Origin: a virus
Taxonomy: Duplodnaviria > Caudoviricetes
IMG/VR virus record: IMGVR_UViG_3300033143_002559
Span: 1-53,539 of that record
Direction: 5' to 3' (one strand)
DNA: 53,539 bases
Shown here: positions 46,008-53,539 of the stretch, piece after piece
How the letters are laid out: each line of letters begins with the position of its first letter
Position numbering within the stretch: the stretch's first letter is position 1
Position numbers and translations under genes: made by a program
The notes under the pieces: model-generated
What the model saw: the letters and a program-made list of their open reading frames with translations, nothing else
What the model was told of the DNA's origin: nothing
Database searches by the model: none

Positions 46008-46274
46008 ATGAACACCACGACAACCGAAACCACGCTCCTTGAAGCCCTGCTACACGACATCGAACACCGGATTTACGACACCGTGGCCGAACACCTCGAG
46101 CACAGCCTGCCGCGGGACACTAGCGCGACAATCGCAGCCGCGGCCGCCCATGCCGGTAGGAAACGAGCGAGACTACTGCTAGCCCGCCGATACTTTTGCG
46201 CTTCCCCTACCTGCCCCGGATACCCATTCAAAGCGAGCGACCACGCCCACCCCGCCCGAACGTGCCCGCCATGA
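46008..46274 (+). CDS. Early hypothetical protein with C-terminal Cys/His motif
   Basis: CASPTCPGYPFKASDHAHPARTC. Confidence 0.6.
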   Translation: MNTTTTETTLLEALLHDIEHRIYDTVAEHLEHSLPRDTSATIAAAAAHAGRKRARLLLARRYFCASPTCPGYPFKASDHAHPARTCPP

Positions 46275-46762
46275 ACACCACCACAACCCGCTACGCCATG
46301 CGCCTTCACACCGTCAGCGTGGTATGCGACCACGCGCAACCGGACAAGGACGGGATCATTGGCTACCAAGCCGACAAGCCGGAGAACGCTGGACGGCTTG
46401 TCCTCGACCTGCTCGCGACCGTCGACCCCGACGGGGAGACATTCGGCATTGTCACCCTTGACGGACGCCACCGCGTTACCGGGTTCAAGCTCTTGACCCA
46501 AGGCACCAGGACCCAGGCACCCGTGGACGGCCGAAAGCTCTTTCGGGCCGCGATGAAAATGGACGCCGTGAGCGTGATCCTATTCCACAACCACCCAAGC
46601 GGAGACCCCGAACCATCGCGGCAAGACCTCGACTTGACCCGGAGGCTAGTGTTAGGCGGAAAGGTCGTCGGAATCGACGTCGTTGACCACATCCTGACCA
46701 CGCCCAACGACCGTTGGGTATCGCTACGATCCACACGCGCCGATGTGTTCTCAGACGCATGA
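46271..46762 (+). CDS. radC: JAB/MPN domain protein (RadC-like)
   Basis: E...FHNHPSGDPEPSRQD...VVDHI. Confidence 0.92.
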   Translation: MNTTTTRYAMRLHTVSVVCDHAQPDKDGIIGYQADKPENAGRLVLDLLATVDPDGETFGIVTLDGRHRVTGFKLLTQGTRTQAPVDGRKLFRAAMKMDAVSVILFHNHPSGDPEPSRQDLDLTRRLVLGGKVVGIDVVDHILTTPNDRWVSLRSTRADVFSDA

Positions 46763-46779
46763 AGAAAGGAGCAAGACCG

Positions 46780-46983
46780 ATGCCACACGCCACCGTGCGA
46801 ACCTGGACCGACAACCACATGGACGAGATCATTTCAGCCGTGGAGAGCGGCGAGTACATGGGCTTTTGTACCGCTTGCGGCGAAGAAGCGTACGGGATCG
46901 AGCCCGATGCCCACGAGCACAAGTGTCCCGCATGTGACGCCCGCGCAGTCTACGGAGCCGAAGAATTGTTGTTGTACTGCTAA
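46780..46983 (+). CDS. Small zinc-ribbon protein
   Basis: GFCTACG...IEPDA...CPACDARAVYGAEELL; GAAAGGAG SD. Confidence 0.75.
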   Translation: MPHATVRTWTDNHMDEIISAVESGEYMGFCTACGEEAYGIEPDAHEHKCPACDARAVYGAEELLLYC

Positions 46984-47051
46984 CGCCCCTCGAAGGCCCG
47001 TTGCCCGTGGCGGGCCTTGTGGGGGCTGTAGCCCGGAAAGGAGCGAGAACA

Positions 47052-47429
47052 ATGGAAAACGGCGCAGGAATCGACCATGTTTGGCCGGCGGACGACATCC
47101 CACCGGACGCGGGGCCGCAGGAGTATTGCGGGGCGTGTGGGGACTTTATCGAGTGTTGCGACGGGCACGAGGACGAGGGACCAGAGCTCAAGCTAACCCA
47201 AGAGGACGCGCCACGGGAGCAGGGGGAGATGTTCAAGAACCTTCCCCAACGCGCAAGCAACGAGGAACACGTTAGCGATGGTGGGGAGCGTTGCCCGTTC
47301 TGCCGGTCGGATGAGATCGAAGGAGGGGAGGTGTCAACGGGCGGAGGTAGCGCGTGGCAGGGGATGAGCTGCCGTTGTGGAGCGACATGGTACGACCATT
47401 ACACGCTTCACGGGTACACGAAACGTTGA
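47052..47429 (+). CDS. Zinc-finger hypothetical protein
   Basis: CGAC, CPFCRS...CRCGATW; GAAAGGAG SD. Confidence 0.65.
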   Translation: MENGAGIDHVWPADDIPPDAGPQEYCGACGDFIECCDGHEDEGPELKLTQEDAPREQGEMFKNLPQRASNEEHVSDGGERCPFCRSDEIEGGEVSTGGGSAWQGMSCRCGATWYDHYTLHGYTKR

Positions 47430-47442
47430 AAGGAGAGAGGGC

Positions 47443-47760
47443 ATGAACCAGGAACAGAGCATCCGAGAGATCGACGAGAGCGTACTTATCAAGCTGGTGG
47501 TTGACGGGGCGGCGGATATGGCGATGGTGAAGGAGACTCTCACCCTAGCCGATGAGCTTGCCAGTCAATCCGCAATCTACGCCGGCCGCGCCGCGGACGA
47601 GATCCGCCGAGTGATCGAGCGGGGGAGCGGGGCGAGGTGGTACGAGAAAAGCACCCGGTCGGACTGGAAAGAGATCCAAGCGTTAGCCCTGGCCGCGGGA
47701 ATCAACGCACAGATGACCATTTACAGGATCAGAGAAGCGGCGGAAAGGTTGACGCCATGA
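47443..47760 (+). CDS. Hypothetical helical protein
   Basis: GAAAGGAG SD; ATGA coupling downstream. Confidence 0.6.
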   Translation: MNQEQSIREIDESVLIKLVVDGAADMAMVKETLTLADELASQSAIYAGRAADEIRRVIERGSGARWYEKSTRSDWKEIQALALAAGINAQMTIYRIREAAERLTP

Positions 47761-48347
47761 CCGACTACAGCTATCTGACCGTGACCGAGGTTGCGAAGCT
47801 GATTCGCAAAGCACTCAAGGAGGCGAGCCCAGGAGATAAGTTCTCTGTGCGATCCTCCAAGTATGCCGGCGGATCTTCAATTGACATATCATGGACCGAT
47901 GGACCCACCGAGGACCAGGTGAGAGAGCTGGCATCGAAGTTCGAGGGATCCTATTTCGATGGGTCGATTGATTACAAAGGCTCGAAGTACCACACGCTTG
48001 ACGGTGAGCCCGTCTCGATCCTCTGTGATTACATCTTTTACCGCCACGAGAGCTCGGAAGCGGCATTAACCACCGCGATCATCGCCGCGGTCATGCACTA
48101 TGGGGCGTTCAACGTACCAACGGTGGAGGATTTCAAGACGGGTCACTCCTGCAACACCACGCCGATAGGTAACGCGCAGGGCGAACCGAATTGGTCGTGG
48201 TCGAACATCATTCGCCGCACCATCGAAAAGAAAGAAGACTGGACCGAATCACCGCCCGGCCTCCTCCCGTCACCCACAGCCGAGCGTATTCAGAGTGCCG
48301 GGGACGATGGCTACGGGCAGGGCAGAACCGGGAGGGTTTCAGCATGA
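47757..48347 (+). CDS. LPD29-like domain protein
   Basis: AKLIRKALKEA.PG.KFSVRS..YAGGSSIDISWTDGP...FEG..FDG..DY. Confidence 0.8.
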   Translation: MTDYSYLTVTEVAKLIRKALKEASPGDKFSVRSSKYAGGSSIDISWTDGPTEDQVRELASKFEGSYFDGSIDYKGSKYHTLDGEPVSILCDYIFYRHESSEAALTTAIIAAVMHYGAFNVPTVEDFKTGHSCNTTPIGNAQGEPNWSWSNIIRRTIEKKEDWTESPPGLLPSPTAERIQSAGDDGYGQGRTGRVSA

Positions 48348-48544
48348 AGATTGTAATTGAATTCAGCACCGACAACGCAGCATTTCAAGATGGCTACTTT
48401 TTGCCGGAAATAGGCGATGTGATTCTGACGAAGGCATACAACGCCATCCACGACAACCGGCACCAGTACGAAAAATGGGAGGAGAAAATCCACGACAGCA
48501 ACGGGAACACGGTGGGAACCGTCACCGGGGAAGGTGCCCAATGA
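48344..48544 (+). CDS. Conserved small phage protein
   Basis: I.IEFSTDNAAF...IHDSNGNTVG. Confidence 0.7.
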   Translation: MKIVIEFSTDNAAFQDGYFLPEIGDVILTKAYNAIHDNRHQYEKWEEKIHDSNGNTVGTVTGEGAQ

Positions 48545-48798
48545 GCAAAGCCGTAGCACTCCCCATTTCAAGGGCCGCGAAGTGGTTGCCGAAGCGAGAC
48601 AAGCGCTGGTTCTTGGTGGCCTTCCAGGGTCCCGCGGGACTGTACGCGATCCAGAGCCTACCCGACGCACGCTATCAGGTTCACCGACTCATGCGAGAGG
48701 ACCCACCGCGCCCCGTGGCAATGAGTGAACCGTTTATGACGCCCGAGGGGGCGCGGCAATTCGCTATGAAACTGGCAGAAGGCGTCGAATCCCAGTAG
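48541..48798 (+). CDS. Hypothetical protein
   Basis: ATGA coupling; ends just before the terminator. Confidence 0.6.
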   Translation: MSKAVALPISRAAKWLPKRDKRWFLVAFQGPAGLYAIQSLPDARYQVHRLMREDPPRPVAMSEPFMTPEGARQFAMKLAEGVESQ

Positions 48799-48818
48799 CC
48801 CACCACCCACCCCGCACG

Positions 48819-48841
48819 AGCCCCCGAGAGGGGGCTTTTTT
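48819..48841 (+). terminator. Intrinsic terminator ending the early cassette
   Basis: AGCCCCC-GAGA-GGGGGCT plus T-tract. Confidence 0.9.
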
Positions 48842-48957
48842 CGTGCCCCAGGGCGTGCCCCTACCGTGCCCCTACCGTGCCCACCCAATGCCCCACAGGA
48901 GCCCGTGCCGGCGCCTGGAAGTGGACGAGGGGACTTGACATCATATCCGACGTGCCC
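48842..48957 (+). repeat. CGTGCCC direct-repeat array
   Basis: Copies at 48842, 48854, 48865, 48876; degenerate copies at ~48888 and 48904; one at 48951 inside the promoter spacer. Confidence 0.85.
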
Positions 48958-48963
48958 TATCTT
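48935..48963 (+). promoter_or_regulatory. Sigma70-type promoter
   Basis: TTGACA-N17-TATCTT. Confidence 0.8.
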
Positions 48964-49001
48964 GATATAACAAGACGCAACCTCAACGAAAGGGGGATTG
49001 G

Positions 49002-49223
49002 ATGCAAAGCGACGGATACGATGGACGCGGGAGCCCTCGAAGGTTCATACGTCAGAAGGAGATAGCCGACGAACTCGGGATCAACCGTTGCACGATCGGC
49101 ACATGGATGGACAAGGGGATCTTCCCCTACATCCTCATCGCCGGCCGGCGGAGAGTGACCAGGGAGCTCTACGAGGGATGGCTACTCGAGAACACGGAGC
49201 CGGGCGTGGGGCCCGAAGGATGA
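49002..49223 (+). CDS. Excisionase/MerR-like HTH DNA-binding protein
   Basis: FIRQKEIADELGINRCTIGTWMDKGIFPYILIAGRRRVTRE..E.WL. Confidence 0.85.
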   Translation: MQSDGYDGRGSPRRFIRQKEIADELGINRCTIGTWMDKGIFPYILIAGRRRVTRELYEGWLLENTEPGVGPEG

Positions 49224-49558
49224 ACGAGACGTGGGGGCTTTTAATCGCCGCGGGGGTATGTGGGCTGGCAACAGCGTGGATATTCTCCGGCCTCTTTGAA
49301 GAATGGCTGTACGAATACCCGAAAGTGAGGCAAGAAAATGAAGATGGAGCTGGAAGATACAACTTACTCGGGCCAGGTGGAGATCATTCCGGCGGAACCG
49401 TCGATGGGCATCATGGAGCGGCCCTACACGGGGGCAGAGATCAAGGCCCAGGTGAACATGATCCAAGAGGTGATGGACGCCGTGATGAAGGACGGGCACC
49501 ACTACGGGGTCATTCCGGGGACAGGCGGCAAGCCCACCCTGTTGAAGCCGGGGGCTGA
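49220..49558 (+). CDS. Possible small membrane protein (3' part overlaps the next gene)
   Basis: ATGA coupling; MNETWGLLIAAGVCGLATAWIFSGLF TM segment. Confidence 0.4.
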   Translation: MNETWGLLIAAGVCGLATAWIFSGLFEEWLYEYPKVRQENEDGAGRYNLLGPGGDHSGGTVDGHHGAALHGGRDQGPGEHDPRGDGRRDEGRAPLRGHSGDRRQAHPVEAGG

Positions 49559-50438
49559 GAAGCTGAACCTCACGTTCCGCATCTCACCAAGGATCGTCGT
49601 TGAGGACCTTGGGGGCCCCGACGAGATCCGCTACAGGGTGCTGTGCAAGGCGTACCACATCGTCTCGGGGGACTTTCTTGGTGACGGCATTGGGGAAGCG
49701 AGCTCAAACGAGGAGAAGTACAAGTGGCGGCGCTCGGTGGTCAACGCTGAGTTCGACGAGACCACGGAGGATCGGCGGCGCGACGTCTACAAGAAGAACC
49801 GGCAGGGTGCCTACGTCAAGGTGAAGCAAGTACGCACGAACCCGGCAGACATCGCCAACACGGTACTCAAGATGGCGAAGAAGCGGGCAATGATCGACAT
49901 GACACTCACCGTTACGGCGGCGTCAGATGTGTTCGCCCAGGACTACGAGGACATGACGCCGGAGATGCGCGAGGATCTCGGCCAGGAGGAAGAGGGGATC
50001 AAGGAGCCGGAGCGCAAAAGCGAGAAGAAACCGCCCGCGAAGAAGAAGGCGCCGCCCAAGAAGAAAGCGGCGCCGCCCAAGAAGAAAGCGGCGCCGCCAG
50101 GTGACGACGCTCCGCCATGGGCAGGCGATGACGTGCCCGACCCGGAGCCGCCGCCGGCAGAGGAAGAAGAAGAGGACGAGGGGGCCGAGGCGCCGATTGA
50201 GGGCGACTGTTTCACCGCAGTCGTTGAGTCGGTGGTGTCGAAGAAGAAGGGCACAGGGGAGCGCGGGGATTGGGAGTTGTTCGTTGTTACCCTCTCGACC
50301 GGGGACAGTCTCTCGTGCTTCGACAAGGGCCTCGTGGCCGATGCCACGGCCGCATGTGAAGAGGGCGTGCTGTGCAACGTGTTCTACAGCGAGAACCAGT
50401 ACGGGTACACGCTGACGGCCTTGGAGGTGATTGGGTGA
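49338..50438 (+). CDS. Putative ssDNA-annealing/recombination protein with C-terminal OB-like domain
   Basis: HYGVIPGT..KPTLLKPGAEKL, NTVLKMAKKRA..D...F.QD; next to an exonuclease. Confidence 0.65.
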   Translation: MKMELEDTTYSGQVEIIPAEPSMGIMERPYTGAEIKAQVNMIQEVMDAVMKDGHHYGVIPGTGGKPTLLKPGAEKLNLTFRISPRIVVEDLGGPDEIRYRVLCKAYHIVSGDFLGDGIGEASSNEEKYKWRRSVVNAEFDETTEDRRRDVYKKNRQGAYVKVKQVRTNPADIANTVLKMAKKRAMIDMTLTVTAASDVFAQDYEDMTPEMREDLGQEEEGIKEPERKSEKKPPAKKKAPPKKKAAPPKKKAAPPGDDAPPWAGDDVPDPEPPPAEEEEEDEGAEAPIEGDCFTAVVESVVSKKKGTGERGDWELFVVTLSTGDSLSCFDKGLVADATAACEEGVLCNVFYSENQYGYTLTALEVIG

Positions 50439-51031
50439 TGGACCCCACCATACGCCTTGGGCCAAACTGCCGCTTCATCGAGGAGAGCCACACCTACTAC
50501 ATGGACGACGTGCCGGTGCCCAGTGTCACTCAGGCGCTAGTGGATGCAGGGATCATCAACACGGAGTTCTTCACGGCGTGGGGGCGCATGAGGGGCTCTG
50601 CGGTCCACAAGGCTACCGAGCTCTACGACCAGGACGACCTCAACGAAGAGACGCTCGACCCGGCCATCTCGGGTTATCTCGAGGCGTGGAAGAGGTTTAG
50701 GAGGGAATTCAGGCTCGAGATCGAGGAGATAGAGCTTGAGATGTACCATCCGGGCTCGAAGTACGCGGGGACGCTCGATCGTGCGGGCGTGGGACACAAT
50801 GGGAAAGATCGCGTCATTGTGGACATCAAGACGGGGGTTCTGACGCGGGCGGTTGGGTTGCAACTCACAGGCTACGCGGATCTCTACCAGGAGATGACAG
50901 GCAAGATCGTAAACAAAATCTACGGAGTCCAGTTGAAGGAGGATGGGTCATATCGAATGAGGATGTATCCGCTGGACTTCGCAACATGGAGAGGCGTTCT
51001 TGCCGTCAGCCAGTGGAAAAATGAGAGATAA
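50438..51031 (+). CDS. PD-(D/E)XK exonuclease (Cas4/YqaJ-like)
   Basis: F.EESHTYY..PSVTQ, RGSAVH, YAGTLDR, IVDIKTG, LQLTGY. Confidence 0.88.
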   Translation: MDPTIRLGPNCRFIEESHTYYMDDVPVPSVTQALVDAGIINTEFFTAWGRMRGSAVHKATELYDQDDLNEETLDPAISGYLEAWKRFRREFRLEIEEIELEMYHPGSKYAGTLDRAGVGHNGKDRVIVDIKTGVLTRAVGLQLTGYADLYQEMTGKIVNKIYGVQLKEDGSYRMRMYPLDFATWRGVLAVSQWKNER

Positions 51032-51034
51032 CCC

Positions 51035-51505
51035 ATGAAAAAGAATCTTTCAGATCGTTTTTGGCCGAAGGTGGACAAGCGCGGCCCGGATGAGTGTTGG
51101 GAGTGGAAAGCCTCGAAGGGTAGTCGTGGATATGGGCACTTCCGAACTTACCCAACGGCGGACAGGGCCCACCGCGTAGCCTGGGAGCTCACACACCACG
51201 ACCCAATTCCAGACGGGATGTGCGTGTGCCACGTCTGCGACAATCCCGGCTGTGTGAACCCGGCTCATCTCTTCGTCGGCACCCAGGGGGACAACGTTCG
51301 GGATTCATGGGCCAAGGGCCGCGGGAAACATCAAGTCCACACTGGAGAGGATCACCCGATGGCGAAACTCACCGAGACCGATGTTAAATTCATTCGGCAT
51401 TGGGCCAAGAGGGGCTACACCCTACAAGAAATTGGTGATGTGTTTGGCGTCAGCTTTCAAACAATTTCAAGAATTAAACTCAGAAACGGATGGAGGCATG
51501 TATGA
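51035..51505 (+). CDS. HNH homing-type endonuclease
   Basis: CWEW...GYG...AHRVAW...VCHVCDNPGCVNPAHLFVGT..DN plus C-terminal HTH. Confidence 0.93.
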   Translation: MKKNLSDRFWPKVDKRGPDECWEWKASKGSRGYGHFRTYPTADRAHRVAWELTHHDPIPDGMCVCHVCDNPGCVNPAHLFVGTQGDNVRDSWAKGRGKHQVHTGEDHPMAKLTETDVKFIRHWAKRGYTLQEIGDVFGVSFQTISRIKLRNGWRHV

Positions 51506-51873
51506 GCGGACCAGAGGGACCAGAGATGCCGCAAGTACCAAACCCGGATGGTAGGATTTTCCGTGCTGCTGCTGCGAACTTAGGGGGCGCCGCAACATAC
51601 GGCGGCAACGCGATGGTCGATCAGCGACCAGTGACCGATCACGCAACGAACATCGAAAGCCAGCTCGAGTCGCTCGGCCGCGAGATCCAGCTTCTAACCG
51701 ATCGCCTGAACCCGATCATGGCGCCGGAGCCGCCGGCCAGCGGGGGGATCGCAACAGCACCCGAGGCGCCAGTGGGGAACTCAGACCTCGCCAACAGGCT
51801 CCACATGATCTCGAACCAGATATCGAGGCTACAGGGCATGGTCAACCTGACATCCACGAGAATCGAAATATGA
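51502..51873 (+). CDS. Hypothetical coiled-coil protein
   Basis: GGAGG SD; L..RL.PI...PP pattern; two helices. Confidence 0.65.
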   Translation: MSGPEGPEMPQVPNPDGRIFRAAAANLGGAATYGGNAMVDQRPVTDHATNIESQLESLGREIQLLTDRLNPIMAPEPPASGGIATAPEAPVGNSDLANRLHMISNQISRLQGMVNLTSTRIEI

Positions 51874-52040
51874 ACTTCCGCCCCGAGCTGCCGACCGGCC
51901 CATTGGACGCAGCGGGGAGGCTGGACAAACCCGCCTACAAAACCCAAACTGCATGTTGGCAATTGCGATCACTTTCCCACCAACACAACACCTTCCCCCC
52001 GAGGCCGGCGGGGGCGGGTGTCCCGCCTTGGAGGTGAGGG

Positions 52041-52223
52041 ATGCAAGCAACCAAGTACAGCGTCAACATCAATGTCGAGGCCCTTAGCCTTGATTCCGTT
52101 CCTGCGCTAGTCTACGAGGCAATTCAGCAGATCGACGAAAACGAGTCGATGGCAGGCACCGTCATCAAGGACGATGGCGATACCGTGGACTGGACCGTGA
52201 GAAAGAAGGATGTGGAGTTTTGA
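52041..52223 (+). CDS. Small conserved phage protein
   Basis: GGAGGTG SD; 60 aa. Confidence 0.65.
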   Translation: MQATKYSVNINVEALSLDSVPALVYEAIQQIDENESMAGTVIKDDGDTVDWTVRKKDVEF

Positions 52224-52543
52224 TCGCTCTACTCCTCATGCTGGCGCTTGAGTGTCCGGTGTTCATAGGCACTCCAGAATATGTCTACGCGAAGGTGTAC
52301 TACTTGCACGAGAATCCGCGAGGGCTGAGGTGGGTGTACACGACGCCCGTGAGTATTGAGTCCTACAGGTACATCATTCCGAACATCCAAGGGCATCCTG
52401 TGGCGTTCGAGTGGTGGACGAGGACGAGCACGGCTGTACCGTTCACCTTGAAGAAGCTGTGTGGGGAGGTGCCAGATCCGGTGTACCCGCTGATCTTCAA
52501 GGACGGTTTCGAGAGTGGAGATTTGGAGGCATGGAGTGAGTGA
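52220..52543 (+). CDS. Putative exported protein ending in IFKDGFESGDLEAWS
   Basis: Short hydrophobic N-terminus; TTG start overlapping the upstream stop; C-terminal IFxDGFESGD..W motif. Confidence 0.7.
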   Translation: MIALLLMLALECPVFIGTPEYVYAKVYYLHENPRGLRWVYTTPVSIESYRYIIPNIQGHPVAFEWWTRTSTAVPFTLKKLCGEVPDPVYPLIFKDGFESGDLEAWSE

Positions 52544-53123
52544 TTGCAAACATGAGAGATTAACCACGTTTCATTATAACGGAGGTGGCGGGAGAGGGTG
52601 GTGCGATTCCTGCGGGGCGCGCTTCTCCCTTGAAGCAGTGCGCGAGATCAATCGACTGCGGGAAATCAAGAAGACCCTAAGCCTACAGGCGGCGGGGTTG
52701 CTGTCGGAGAATGAGCAGCCACAAGCCGATAATCACATCTTTCTGTATTCTCGTAAGCGCCTGCAAGCCCGCGTGGAGGAGTTGGAGGCGCTGCTTCACG
52801 ACCACGCCTGTCCAGTGGTTCAGTGTCCAGGCCACCACATCACCGACGAGCAGATCGACGCGGCGTGGAAGTTTGCTGATCGAGACGATCACACCGCTTG
52901 TTCAGACCGCAATTGCTGTGATGGTGTTGATGTGCTCGAAATTCTTCACATCTTCAGGTGCGAGGGGTGCGGCGGGAGTGGGGAGACTGATGTTGCATGG
53001 AGAACCAGATGCCCCGACTGCAACGGTCACGGGTGGGTGAAGGAGGAGTGTGGAGGCCACGAGTGGATCAAAACGTCCGTAGATCCCAACAAAGACGGAC
53101 AGAACGGGACAGACGATGGATGA
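52536..53123 (+). CDS. Cys-rich multi-zinc-finger protein
   Basis: CKH...CDSCG; CEGCGGSG...CPDCNGHG (DnaJ-like CxxCxGxG); GTG start. Confidence 0.6.
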   Translation: MSDCKHERLTTFHYNGGGGRGWCDSCGARFSLEAVREINRLREIKKTLSLQAAGLLSENEQPQADNHIFLYSRKRLQARVEELEALLHDHACPVVQCPGHHITDEQIDAAWKFADRDDHTACSDRNCCDGVDVLEILHIFRCEGCGGSGETDVAWRTRCPDCNGHGWVKEECGGHEWIKTSVDPNKDGQNGTDDG

Positions 53124-53229
53124 CTGCGGTGTAGTTACATTTGTACTCATGGCACTGTCAATTGCCACAGGGCTTGTGTGGGGGTGGGCTGCCCATGAGA
53201 TGTGGGTGAAGGAGGAGGGCGATGGGTGA
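53116..53229 (+). CDS. 37-aa membrane peptide
   Basis: MDDCGVVTFVLMALSIATGLVWGWAAHEMWVKEEGDG; overlapping junctions. Confidence 0.55.
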   Translation: MDDCGVVTFVLMALSIATGLVWGWAAHEMWVKEEGDG

Positions 53230-53350
53230 CGCACTTGAAGCGGCGGCGGTGCTCGTCATTCTCATAGTGGCATCTTGCATATCTGCGGCCTTTATTTTCA
53301 GCACGGCAGTAATCGTGATGCGACTAATAACAAGGGGGAAGGAAGAATGA
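53222..53350 (+). CDS. 42-aa membrane peptide
   Basis: GGAGGAGG SD; MGDALEAAAVLVILIVASCISAAFIFSTAVIVMRLITRGKEE. Confidence 0.6.
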   Translation: MGDALEAAAVLVILIVASCISAAFIFSTAVIVMRLITRGKEE

Positions 53351-53539
53351 ACACTCTACTGGGAACAATAGTCGTCATGTTGGTGACAACGGCGCTGATT
53401 TTCGGAGTCCCGATGCTGTTCCAGGGCGACATGGAGACTCGGACGATAGCACTTGATTACAGGCCCATGTTGCCGGAGGGTGATGAGGTCACGACAGCAC
53501 CGATGGAGCCAGCCCCGTCACCGTGGCGTGGGTTGGCTG
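53347..53539 (+). CDS. Membrane protein, allele of 223-774, running off the window into the circular junction
   Basis: MNTLLGTIVVMLVTTALIFGVPMLFQGDMETRT vs MKTLFGTLAAMLVTTALIFGVPMLFQSDMETRT. Confidence 0.8.
   Translation, partial: MNTLLGTIVVMLVTTALIFGVPMLFQGDMETRTIALDYRPMLPEGDEVTTAPMEPAPSPWRGLA
53426..53539 (+). repeat. 114-bp exact direct repeat, copy 2
   Basis: Identical to 302-415. Confidence 0.95.

Larger units (their letters stand above)
1..53539. mobile_element. Near-complete tailed phage genome (podovirus-type morphogenesis), circularly permuted
   Basis: Terminase, portal, capsid, adaptor/nozzle, lysis and replication modules are all present; no host housekeeping genes; 114-bp end overlap with 302-415. 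Confidence 0.95.

Noticed and set aside
50438-51031. Cas4 as part of a CRISPR system
   Set aside because: It lacks the Fe-S cysteine set and sits next to an annealing protein, so it is an ordinary phage exonuclease
51035-51505. HNH within a group I intron
   Set aside because: The flanking genes are complete and tightly coupled, with no interrupted host gene; it is free-standing
51870-52037. 55-codon ORF or structured RNA between genes
   Set aside because: No SD, atypical composition and only short GC hairpins; I cannot support either call

Overview
The window reads as an essentially complete, circularly permuted tailed dsDNA phage genome. The last 114 bp exactly repeat 302-415, which implies a ~53,124-bp circle, and positions 1-301 look like a divergent allele tail. 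A long minus-strand late operon (41161 to 3744) encodes TerS/TerL, portal, scaffold, HK97-type major capsid, a podovirus-type adaptor and nozzle, many carbohydrate-binding or beta-helix appendage proteins, an M15 endolysin with holin candidates, ejection proteins, and a 2245-aa LPD38-type polyvalent protein. A minus-strand middle block carries a Cro-like HTH, a replication initiator and a tRNA-like element. Plus-strand early/middle blocks carry JAB/RadC, LPD29, a Xis-like HTH, an annealing protein plus exonuclease, HNH, RusA and spanins. I saw no integrase, DNA polymerase, RT or CRISPR. The most unusual signals are: (i) two paralogous beta-helix proteins that both stop at GDY just before the usual W-x-I/M-GAY closing motif, which instead sits in the downstream fiber-like protein (possible in-trans docking); (ii) one lectin-like domain present in three virion positions, plus other clean domain insertions; (iii) a small secreted-type protein ending in the bacterial IFxDGFESGD motif; (iv) a tRNA-like cloverleaf with a collapsed anticodon loop; (v) two helically phased repeat arrays. 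All family calls come from motif recognition by eye, not database searches.
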